Below, piece by piece: positions 40,926 to 52,379 of a stretch of DNA of 64,000 nt. The translations under genes were made by a program, and so were the position numbers. This DNA comes from Eledone cirrhosa. Taxonomy: Eukaryota. The notes below the pieces were generated by a model. That model did no database searches, was not told the origin of the DNA, and worked only from the letters and a program-made list of their open reading frames with translations. The DNA lies in assembly GCA_964016885.1 (NCBI GenBank), contig OZ024743.1:289602001-289666000 (forward strand). The letters are read 5' to 3'. Numbering within the stretch: position 1 is the first letter of the stretch; the number at the start of each line of letters is the position of its first letter.

Positions 40926-40930
<5 letters not shown>
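40590..40930. repeat. Palindrome with ~155-bp arms
   Basis: TTACGATCGTTTCTGGG..ATTGATCTATGTAAAACA mirrored at 40810-40872. Centre TTGAAGAC..GAAA. Confidence 0.85.
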
Positions 40931-40964
<34 letters not shown>

Positions 40965-41589
40965 ATAATAATAAATTTGAAGACTAAAATCCAAAGAGGG
41001 CTCGATAAGGATAAATGTATATAAAATATATAAGAACCGTAGAGCAAATACGCGTATGCTTGTGTATGTACGTATATGGATGCGTGTATGTATTTATTTA
41101 ATTTCTATTACCTCTGTATTTTATTTACTTTATTCTTAACTCTGAAGCCGAGAATCATTCGGTTTCCTAGTTAGAATTTTAATCTACGACTTCAGTTATA
41201 CCATTTACGTGGTTTTGTCTTTGCGTGCAATTGTTCTCTCGCTCCACATATGACATATTATCTTCGTTTTTTTCCGTTCATTGCCAGAGAACGTCTCTAT
41301 GAACCACCTAATATAATATTAGTCTACGGCTTCTTGTATGTCATAAACGTGGTTTTGTCTTTGCGTGTAATTGTTTTTCACCGCTCCAAATAATGACGTA
41401 TTATATTCGTTTTTCCCGTTCTTTGCCAGGGAACGTTTCCACGAACCAAAGTATCGTCTTCTTGTCTTCTTCCGGTTGCAACGTGTTTTGAAATATTCAC
41501 TTCTGCGTTCACAGATTGACTTTGTTAGTTTCAGAAGATCCCGTTAAGGGTGAAAGCAGCGATTCTTGCTTAAACTTTAATCTGTTATT

Positions 41590-41648
<59 letters not shown>

Positions 41649-41710
41649 GGGATAACAGGTTGTCGTTATAGACAGTCCACTTAGATGTAGTCCAGTTGGA
41701 GTAGTTCGTG

Positions 41711-42076
41711 CAGATGTATGGAATTGCACATGTGAAAACTGCTATAGGGTACATTAGATATAGCGGTGGGGTGGCAACAAGATAAGAGTAACCACTAAAA
41801 TGTACTTGGAGACAGAATTTATGAGGTATCCACTATGCTGTAGGTATTCTGGCAATACAAACTATCATCCTCACTAAATAAATTAATAAAACGAAAATGT
41901 TTATCTGTTAAATAATAAGTAAATCTCCGGTTTATTGCCAGAATACGTACAGTACAGTGGATACTTCATAAATTCTGTCCCCAATTACATTTCAGAGGTT
42001 ACTGTTAACTTGTCGCCACCCCATCACTATATCTAATGTACCCTATACCAGTTTTCATGTCAATTCCATACATCTG
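41711..42076. repeat. Palindrome with ~145-bp arms and ~75-bp spacer
   Basis: CAGATGTATGGAATTG..TATAGGGTACATTAGATATAG..TATTCTGGCAATA mirrored at 41933-42076. Confidence 0.85.
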
Positions 42077-42248
42077 GTTATAAACAAAGTATTGGTGATC
42101 GATAGGCGCATAATCAGGCGCATAGCGAACTCTAGACCTACCAGATCAACGAAACAATTGTCAGCAATGTAAATAAAGCCCATATTGTATAGCAAAACAT
42201 GTCACTCTTCTTTCTTGAATTATATATATATATATATTTCGTTTCTGA

Positions 42249-45200
42249 ATTTGTTTAGCAAGATTCTTTATCTGAAAACGTGTGTTGAAACCGATATTGT
42301 TATACTTTGGGAGGGTCATGTTGCCAATGAGAAACACACGCACCAGTTGCTTTCACTCCAATTTATTATAAATTAAATTTATAAATTTAAGAATTTATAA
42401 ATTTCCGGTTGGTTGGTTGGTTCCACAACCGGCCGGTTGTTCATATATTGTCAAAGTTTTTTCGTCACACATTCTGTGACCTCTTCAGTCACTGGGGATT
42501 CTATTCTTTGTTTTGTGCCTCTCCTTTGTTCTGTCCTACGCCATCTTGTTTTTGTGTGTGTTGTGTGCTTAGTTTGCGCATGTGTTACATCGGGTGTCTG
42601 TGTGTGTTTTTATTTGTTTATTTACATGTTACTGGTTGGTTGTTTGTTCTATGTGTGAGTGTGTTTTCATTTTGTCCTTAATTGTAAGTTGTGATGTTGC
42701 TATTCCATTCTTGTTTTCTATTTAATTTTGGTTAGAGTTCATTTATGTTTATTGTCTCTGTGATTTGTCTAAACATTGCGTCTTTTCTGTGTGTAGATTT
42801 CATTTTATTTCTATGTTCTCTAATTTGCCCTTATGTTCTATTTTAGCATGTTGGTGGAGTACTGATGATTCTTTTCTATCATGAAGCTCTCGCCAGTGTT
42901 CATTTAACCGTTCTCCTATACTACGAGCTGTCTCACCTATGTACATTATATTCTTATATTTACATTGTCCTTCAGTACATCTTACATTTCTAATTTTACA
43001 GTTAATATGGGGGCTTAGTTTACAGATTATGCATTTCTTATCTTTACAGGAGGTCTTTTAAAAGGGTATGTATTACTAATAGGTGTTTTTATGAAGGTAC
43101 CTGGTCTTTCTACTATCTTAATATTAAGTTGAAGTTTATCTAGGGCCCTTCTAAATGTGTAAGCTAATTCACCTCTAGGGGTTGTATTGATGAACATTAC
43201 ACTCTGGGATTTATTGCTATCATACCATGAGTTTATTCTATTAACCTTATTCCTAGTTATTTCTATTCTATTCCAAAATTTGCTCCTATTCAAGGGGCAG
43301 GTCTCATTTGTATCATTATTTACCATTTTTTCCCATTTGGTTCTGGCTCCTCTATATAGTCTGATTTTATCTCTCTGATTGTAACCAGAGAACTGCATAC
43401 TGTGGATGACGTGTTGTATGTGTCTCTCTAGTTCTTTGGGGTTGCACATGCCGGACACGTTTCTCATCACCCGTACCAAATCTGCAATCAGTATGTTGAT
43501 TTTGGTGTGATCCGAAACAGCTGAGTTTCGGTGGATCAGATATTTGGAAGTCATGGTTTGGCATAATGGGAATGGAGGATTTGTTTTTTGTTATTAATGG
43601 TTTCTAACCAGAGCTCTGTGTCTAGTACAGGTAATCGATGGTTGGGGTGTTTGCTTGGGTAGTCTATAGTAACTCTAAGAGTCTTGTGTATGGAGTTAGC
43701 TAATTGTTGGATGCTTTCCATGGCGTTTTTCTCTAATTCCTGACTGTTCTCTAGTGGGGGTGTTTTTACTACGATTTTATATCATCAACGTTGCGGGAGT
43801 ACATTATCAGGGTTAAGAGTATGCTGTCTTCTAATTGTTCTTTAAGTTTAAGTTTAAGCTTATTGTCCCACCATACCATGAATAGGTTAACTGCTCCCTC
43901 CTCTTGGGCATATGTTTTTCCATTAAATTTTAACATATGTTCCTTAAGGGTTAGTTTTATACTGGCCCCCACCGCATGTGCAATCATTTTCTTTAGTTCA
44001 TCGTGGTTTTCGGGGGTCCGTATGGCTCTGGTCCACCCGTTCCATCTTTCTGTGTGGGTTTTCTTGACCATTGAGGTAATGGTAGGTGGTCTGCCTCTTG
44101 CTGGTCTTCTAGGGCACATGTTGCTAAGGTCATACGTATCTAGATAATCATTATTATAGGTAAGTTTAAGTAGGATTCCCAGCTTACTGGTATCAATCCA
44201 ACGGAATTCAACATTGCTCTCACTGATCATTTCTACGCATTTCTCCACAGCAAAATCCTCGTCAATGGATGGATATAGGGACACAACATCCATACTACCT
44301 ATTATACAGACTGTTAGGTCCCTAGATCGGTTATTTCCGCTGATTCGGCTGAGGAGGTCTTCTGTGCTGTCACATATATCTGGGGACATTTCAATGATGG
44401 GGCGTATGATCAGGGAGAGGAAGTAGGACAGTCTGTAGTTACTAGCAATGTTAGCCCCACAGACTGGCCGTGTTGGTGGTCCCGCGACAGGGTCACAGCC
44501 CGTTTTATGGTCTTTTCGAAGCCGATAAAACGCTGGCACGTCATTGTTCCAGGCCTGGAAGTTGGCAGTCCTTTTGTTGGTCTGCATTATGTTTGTCCAC
44601 ATCATCATATGGGCATGGAGGGTTTCCTCCCTATCCTCATGCTCTTGTGGTATTACTTCTCTTGTGTTATTGATGTGGCGTTGCATTGCATGTGTGTAGT
44701 TTGACAGACTGTCAACTGACATTCTGCCAGACTTGTCTGTTGGAAAGCATGCAATCTCTCCATTACGCGAGCGCTGCATGAGCTTACGCAAGCCATCTGC
44801 AGATTTTTCTCCCAGTTGCTGGGCCTCTATTTTATTTTGCTTCTTGTTATACTGTTCTATAATATTTCTAAGTTTAGATCTAGCTATAATAAATTGTGCT
44901 TCTGTCTGTTCATCAAGCTGTGACGACAATTGCGTGCGTTTGTTAAAAGCTAACGTCGTGTCGTGGACTCGTCGTACGTTGAAGAACATATCGGAAGGAT
45001 TATAAAAAGTAGAATTCCAGGCTGCTGCTTTATGTGTATTATTGCTATTGTTATTGTTAGTTGTGTTGTTTTTTCTATTTCTATTTCCACCAACAGCCTC
45101 ATGGTTGTTTCTATGTCTCTCATAATTACTCTTGTCTCTTTCCTCAGGCTCATTGTTATTATCTACACTATTTTGTGTGTCTGTGTGTTCGTCCTGGTTA

Positions 45201-45265
45201 TTTTCTCTGTCAGTATTGATAGTTTTCCTTCTCCTTTCAATCCCATTACCTTCCCTTACTTCTGT
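42249..45265 (-). mobile_element. Older, disrupted PLE of the same family as the palindrome, with a longer 5' part
   Basis: ORFs 43769-44989 and 43027-43554 align with the palindrome protein (SRNVDD for SRYVDD, deletions, frameshifts). Decayed hammerhead at ~42449-42493. Confidence 0.92.
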
Positions 45266-45266
45266 C

Positions 45267-45704
45267 TTACTTTAATCTCAGCAAACAAGTAAGTGAGTTT
45301 GTCACTACTCTAAAACAATAGCATACGGTCTTCAAAATGCTTTTAATTAAGCATAAAGTGTATTGCAAAATACATTATATATACATTCATATATATATTG
45401 CTATTTCAGAGCTCCAATTCTAATTTTTAATTTCTGCCTGACCGGCAACCGCTCTGTATAATCAGTTCCTGATTATTTACTAGAATTCTATCAGAATATA
45501 ACATCAGTGATCTCACTAGACAGGAGGGAGTAGTAAGCCTTGATAAGCATAAACAAATGCGAAACAAGGCCTTGTCGGCTTATCTCCCCTTGTTTGCTGA
45601 GATTAAAGTAAGTGAGTTTGTCACTACTCTAAAACAATAGCATACGGTCTTCAAAATGCTTTTAATTAAGCATAAAGTGTATTGCAAAATACATTATATA
45701 TACA

Positions 45705-45716
<12 letters not shown>
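45267..45716 (+). repeat. Short pLTR-like unit: 110-bp direct repeat, 23-bp inversion and decayed hammerhead
   Basis: 45287-45397 repeats at 45607-45716. 45267-45289 is the reverse complement of 45589-45611. TAAGCC-TTGATAA-GCAT..ATGC-GAAA-CAAGGCCTTG-TC-GGCTTA at 45534-45582. Confidence 0.75.
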
Positions 45717-45750
<34 letters not shown>

Positions 45751-46131
45751 AATGAAGTAATTCCGTTGGAAAGGTCCAGGAAAAAAGAGTGCTCTATGTA
45801 GGTTACAAAACTTGAAAGCCACTTCAACTTGCCTGAACTCCAAGACCGAGATCTTCAGATGTTGTCCTCACCTGAAATCACATCTGATCTGTAACTTCAT
45901 TGACATTCCTACAATAACTCAACCACCTCGAACTTCTTCTCTGCTCTCTATGCCTTACATCCACTACAGTTTATTTACCTTCTGAATTCACTTTCTGTAC
46001 TCTTATATTCTTTTTCTCCCTTATCTCCCCTTATATTTAAACCTTTTCCTATGTCATTTATTTTCCTTATTTTCCCCCCTACTTTCTACCTTACCCTTCA
46101 CATACCCACCTTTTTTATTTTTAGATATTTA

Positions 46132-46171
<40 letters not shown>

Positions 46172-46331
46172 GCGTATATATATATATATATATATATATG
46201 GAAAGTTATATTTAAAATTGTTGGGTTACAACTAGTAAATATTTATAACTGGTATAAAAGCACTCGACAAATATTTGGAGTGTATTTACAATATTAAATA
46301 AATGGAAAACTATATTTATAAAACCATATTT

Positions 46332-46395
46332 ATTTCATTATATATATTTCGGGGATATCATATTAACAATATGCTATGCCTTCATCAGACAAAAT
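46332..46395 (-). ncRNA. Minimal type-I hammerhead ribozyme
   Basis: Minus strand: ATTTTGT-CTGATGA-AGGCATAGCATATTGTTAATATGATATCCCC-GAAA-TATATA-TA-ATGAAAT. Co-oriented with and ~1.5 kb downstream of the PLE ORF at 47888. Confidence 0.7.
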
Positions 46396-47887
46396 ACAAT
46401 ATAAACAGTTTTATAGACAAATAGGTTCGACATACCGTTATAACACCGACTTCATTTGAAGAGGTTTACTCTGGCTGTGAAAAAATTTTACACAGAGAGA
46501 AAGAAAAAGAGAGAAAACAGAAAGAAAGACAGAAAACGAAGAAAAGGAAGAAAAAGAAGAGAAAGAGGAAATGCATGGAACAAAATAGAGAGATGGAAAG
46601 ATAGATAAAGCGAAGAACTTCATGTAAAGAAACAGAAAGAGATATATATATATAGAGAGAGAGGAAATAGAGATAGATACATATATATATATAGAAAATT
46701 AGGTAGTGGGAGGTCATTTTGAGTAAATGTATCAATGATACGTTTATTTATTTATTTATTTATTTAGCTCAAGTATTAATGTAAGGGAGATATATATATA
46801 GAGAAAAAAAAATATAGAGAGAGGAGAGGAAAAAATATAGAGAGAGGAAAAAATAGCGAGAGAAAAAAAAAAAAAAAATTTAAAAATAGCCAGATATATT
46901 CGAGGCGTAAAAACCCTATGTTTTAATGTATTAATATTTATAAAACTTACACTATATTGTAAATATCAGTATTCCTGAATGAGACAAGTATCTATAATGT
47001 GTGAAAATTAATTATCTTATGTTTAGTTTTAAAAAAATTCATATGTTTATGTGACAGCTACAAACATCCATGCGAATCTAACTGATTCACTCTGCAAACT
47101 CTAAGTTGACGGAAAACGTTCTCAATGTGGTATAAAAATTTGAGCATATAAATATGTGTATTATTATTCATGTCATTACTCTACCAGATTATCTATCAAG
47201 CAGAAGTAGAGAGCAGATTTCAATATACTAATAAAAATATATATCATAAACAAAACTAAAAATAAAAAGATAACAATAATAATAATAAGTAAAAATATAG
47301 AATAGAACACTAAAAAAATTAAAAAATAAAAATATTACGAAAGAATATTACATAATAAAAATATTATATATTAAGCATACTACGTATTAAAAAATATTAC
47401 GTATTAAAAATTTACATATTAAAGATATTAAAAATACAATAAAAATAAAAAATAAAAAATATTATAGAAAATATTATAGAATACTACAATAATAAAAATA
47501 AAAATAAAAATAAAAATAAAATAAAAATACACCACAAAGATCAACCCTTCAAAGTTAATTGACAATATATTGCCAAGTTCTTTAGAAGACAAAGCCAAAA
47601 ATTATCAATCAAATCACATCTAGCAAAGATCATTTCAAAAAGATTATGATGGCTAAGTAGGTCTATATATGTTCTTATATTTAATATAGAAGTTTATCTA
47701 GTGTAAGGTTTATTCAAAAATTTGGAGCATCAGCTTTTAGGGTAGCTTAATTTTTCATGAGGAATGTTTAGATAAAAATAAAATAAAAATAAACAATAAA
47801 AAGAGAGTAAAAAGAAGGAATGAAAGATTTAGGAATCAAAAATTTATCGGCTAGTTTCCCATATAAATATAAATCAAACTAAATATA

Positions 47888-49850
47888 CTACATTTTAAAT
47901 ATAAATTTATATTTAAACGTTGAGTTTAATCTATGTTTGCAACAACTGAATAAATTTGTCCGTAGGTTAAGGGAATTTTTAGATTTTAGTATAAAGAATA
48001 TCTCCTCTGCGCAGAGGTCACATGTCTCAGAGGATGAATTAAAAGGAATCCCTCTTGAGACTATATTCCAAGCCGTCGAATATCTAACGTTATCTAGCTT
48101 AAGTTGCCAGAGTACGCCTGATAGTGCCGTTGAAGATTTTTTATTTGGATCTGTGAAAGAATTCTTGTGGTTATTATAGCGAAGTTTAAATTCCGTCGAT
48201 GTGGAACCGACGTAGTTAAAAGAATTAGAGTCAGTATTAACATTACAATTGTATACTATATTTTTAACTAAGCAGTTGTTATTTAACGGACATTTAGATC
48301 TATCTCTACAGTTACATTTGTTAACTTGTATATTATTTATGCTATTATCAGTAGGTTTTAAGTTCCTATTATTTATTCTATTAATATTTTGTGCTAAATT
48401 TTTGGTGGATGAGTAGGTTAATTTAATTGTATGCCTATTGAAAATTGAGTGATACCTATGTGTTCTAGGGAAGCGATTATCAAGAGCTTTGAAAAATAAT
48501 TTAGCGATGTGGGTTTTAATGTTTAGTGAGAAAGGGGGGGGGGGGGGGGGGGCAAACCAAATTATGTTCCTAGTTCTATTTCTTTTTTGTCCTTTGGAAT
48601 TATTGTAATGCTTTCTATTATAGTTGTTAATGTTGTTGCCGTAATTAAAAAAGTTGTTACTTTGTTTAGTTTGTCTATCATTATCTATGTACACAATCTT
48701 ATCAGCATATCCTGCCCTAGCTAGTGCTTCATTATAGTACTGGGCCTTCTCGTCGAAAATCAATCTATTCGACGATATCCTAGAGATACGTTTTTGAACT
48801 GAGTTTACTATAGTGTTTTTGACAGATCTGGGGTGGTTAGAGTTAAAGTTGACATAGTTTAAGTTTTCATTCAACTTGTGAAAAGGATAGTGGAGACATG
48901 TGTTGAGATTTAATGTTATATCTAGGAAATTGACTATTCTATGGTTGTTCTCAATTTCTATTTTAAGGTTAAAGTAATTAAAAAAATTTGTAATTTGTTT
49001 ACATTTTCTATTTAGTTCAGGGTTATTATTATTAATAAGTAAAAGCATGTCATCCCTATATAAACCTCCGGTAGTACCAGGTATTTTCCTATGTAGCGAA
49101 TTGATTAAAAATAAGCCAACAAGGTCAGTTACCTGAGCTGAGTTGGAAGATCCCATAGTTATGTCAAAATTGCTATCTCTATCTGCTCTGGTCCATAATT
49201 TGTCATTAAATTCTATCAAAGTTTTCCTAGCCGATAATATAATATGCATTTCTTTGCTAGTTAGGTCGGTATGTTTGAATGCGTAATTTAGTGCCTTATT
49301 TAGTAGACTAGGGGTAATAGAAGAATAATAGTTAGCTATATCAAGTTGAATAAACCTATTATTATTGTTATATTTAATTTGCCTAAACCACTCAACAACC
49401 TCTCCAGTTCCCTTCCACAAGCTCAGGTTAGATACACAGTCCAAGTTCTTAATTTGCTGTATCACCCTGTCAAGAATGTTTTTGCTTAATTTGCCCAGGT
49501 CCGATTTTGAAGGTGCGATCAATCTAACTGGCAGGTCATTTTCAAAATTCCTCTTGTGGTCCTTCATATTGATCTTCGGTTTCCTGGGCACGAAAGGTTG
49601 TGTTCTGTTCTCAATTTCCAACTCGTGCATTATACAAGATGCTTCGACATTCATTTTCTCAAGTTCGGCCTTATCTGCTACCTTGTACTTTTTCCTCAGC
49701 TCTTTCAGTATGAGGCCATTATACATGTCTTTCCGCACTCCATAGAGGTTGTTGGTCTTGTCAGATTTCACCAAGATCTTCTCAGTTTTCTCTAAGCTCT
49801 CAATTTTATCCTTAATGCCTTTCAGATGTTCCTGGCCTTTAAAGTTTCTC
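47888..49850 (-). CDS. PLE RT plus GIY-YIG endonuclease (628-aa ORF, frame open ~25 codons further upstream)
   Basis: KSDKTNN, PVRLI, LDIANYYSSI, TMGS, GLYRDD, VNFLDITL, SNHP, CNCR..CPL, NIVY..YVGST..FKLRYNNH, CDLC. Confidence 0.9.
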
Positions 49851-49852
49851 TA

Positions 49853-49916
<64 letters not shown>

Positions 49917-49960
49917 ATATGTATGTGCGTATGTATGTTTATATATCTGTATGTATATGT

Positions 49961-50570
49961 CAGGTCACCAGTTGGTGCTACTGGTAACATGTATCCCAGT
50001 ACAACCTGTCCCATTGTCGGGTCGTTGGCGACTAAACTGGCAACCCCACCAAGGTTTCTTGGTGAGGAGGGTGACTTTGGACATCCTGCAGGACTAAAAA
50101 CAAAACCTGTCAAAGGGCAAAGGAGCTCTTAAGAGTCAATGGCCATCCAAAATCACCGGGAGAGATGACCCCTTAGCCTTTGTCAAGGCAGAATTCTAGG
50201 AGAAGGAAAACTCTGATATAACACCTGCAACTCTGATGGTATCCAATGATGTTGACTTGTTCTTCTTTTTGATAAATATCATCTTGGTTAAGAGAGTGGG
50301 ACTGGCTTTGTGCAGTGCCTTTGCTCACTATAAAAGCTTCACGGCACAGGCATTGCTTTATATCTGGAGATCTCTCTGCACTTGTCCTCACATGGTACCA
50401 TGGGCCCAGCACTATGTGTCAATAATTGTCACAAGTGTAGTGTTTGTACCAGAGTTTTCAATACGCTGGCTGGACTAAAAAGTCACACTCGTTCAGCGCA
50501 TCGGTAGGCGTTCTCCTACATGGATATAAAGTAGTGGCCGTACTCGAAAACGAGTTGGCAGCCACCATGT
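49961..50570 (+). mobile_element. Internally deleted RTE-like LINE relic with terminal C2H2 finger
   Basis: 50424-50507 reads NCHKCSVCTRVFNTLAGLKSHTRSAHR*, followed by a short UTR with an ACTCG-AAAA-CGAGT hairpin and a (TATG)-like tail. RTE assignment is inference. Confidence 0.55.
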
Positions 50571-50620
50571 ATATGTATGTGTGTATATAATTGTATTTTA
50601 TATGCTGCTGTTGTATTTGC

Positions 50621-50671
<51 letters not shown>

Positions 50672-50841
50672 GTGTGTGGGCGTGTGTTTATTTGTGAGTG
50701 TGTTTTTTATATATTTGTTTTTTGTGTGTATATATATAATAGCCTCAGAAACGGCTTGAGCTCTGCCGTGGGGTATAGTTTTTCCTATATGTGTATATAT
50801 ATACGTGTATGTGTATGTATATGTGTGTGTATTAGTATGGT

Positions 50842-50893
<52 letters not shown>

Positions 50894-50895
50894 TG

Positions 50896-50927
<32 letters not shown>

Positions 50928-51364
50928 TGTATATGCATAATTATATACAGTGATTTAATGCTTATTTTCATTGATCATTTGCTCCAGGAAAATGTTGAGT
51001 GCTCTAAATCAGCTATAAACATTTATACCCTTTTCTAATTATTTATTTATTTATTATTTGTAGTATTCCCAACTTTTTATTTTTATATATATATAATATT
51101 TATGTATTTTCTTATATATATATGTGTGTGTGTGTGTATGTATGTGTGTGTGTGTGTATGTATGTGTGTGTATGTGTATATATATATATGTGTGTGTATG
51201 TATATATGTATGTATATATGTATGTATATATATATATATATTTAAGAGTTAAACAAGGTTCATATGAATACATCTAAGAATGAGTTTTACACACATACAT
51301 ATGTGTGAATATGTATTTGTATGTATGTGTTTGTGTATATGTATGTATGTGTATGTGTATATAT

Positions 51365-51460
<96 letters not shown>

Positions 51461-51820
51461 ATATGTATATATGTGTGTGTCTGTATGTATATGTGTATGT
51501 ATGTGTATATGTATATGTATATGTATATTTGTGTGTGTATGTATTTATTTTTACGTATGTATGTGTATGTGCAATTGTGTGTATTGCTTACCACGTGTGT
51601 TCGTTCATTTATTTGATGGTTGTATCGCGCTCAACTTTATAATAATTTTTATATTCATTGTTATTCTTATGAGACGGTATTTTTATTATTATATTTTTTC
51701 TTATAATTATTTGTGCGTGTGCGTATGTAGGTGTGTGTACATATATCTATATTTGTGCATGCGTATGTATGCGTGTATATATGTGTGTATATATATATGT
51801 GTGTTATATGCGTGTATATA

Positions 51821-51892
<72 letters not shown>

Positions 51893-52100
51893 TGTGTGTG
51901 CGTTTTTGTGTATTTGTGTGTATGTGTATGTATGGATATGTTGATATATATGTGTGTATGTATGTGTATATGTATGTGTATGTATATATATATATATATA
52001 TACATATATATATGTGTATGTGTGTATGTGTGTGTGTATATGTGTGTGTATGTATACATGTGTGTGTATGTAATTGTGTGTGTGTGTGCATGTGTGTTTA
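50570..52100. repeat. Mixed (TA)/(TG)/(TATG) low-complexity field
   Basis: Direct read. Confidence 0.9.
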
Positions 52101-52191
52101 TTTTTCCTTTCCTTCTTCCTTTTCCAGCCTCACTTTCATATAGATTATATTTTTGTTTTAAAATCCAATGTCAATAAACACACGAGGATTT

Positions 52192-52241
52192 TTTCATTCT
52201 GATGAATTTGTTTGCTTTTAAGAAACCACTGGTAAATGAAA
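52192..52241 (+). ncRNA. Hammerhead-like motif with decayed stem II
   Basis: TTTCATT-CTGATGA-(16 nt, poorly paired)-GAAA-CCACTGG-TA-AATGAAA. 7-bp stem I. Confidence 0.55.
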
Positions 52242-52305
52242 TAATTGTCTTATGTTGTTTATTACATAACTATATATATATATATATGACTATATATATA
52301 TATAT

Positions 52306-52379
<74 letters not shown>

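Larger units (their letters stand above)
46332..49856 (-). mobile_element. Second-lineage Penelope-like element, 5'-truncated at (TA)n
   Basis: ORF below, long AT-rich 3' region and a hammerhead. 3' boundary uncertain. Confidence 0.75.
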
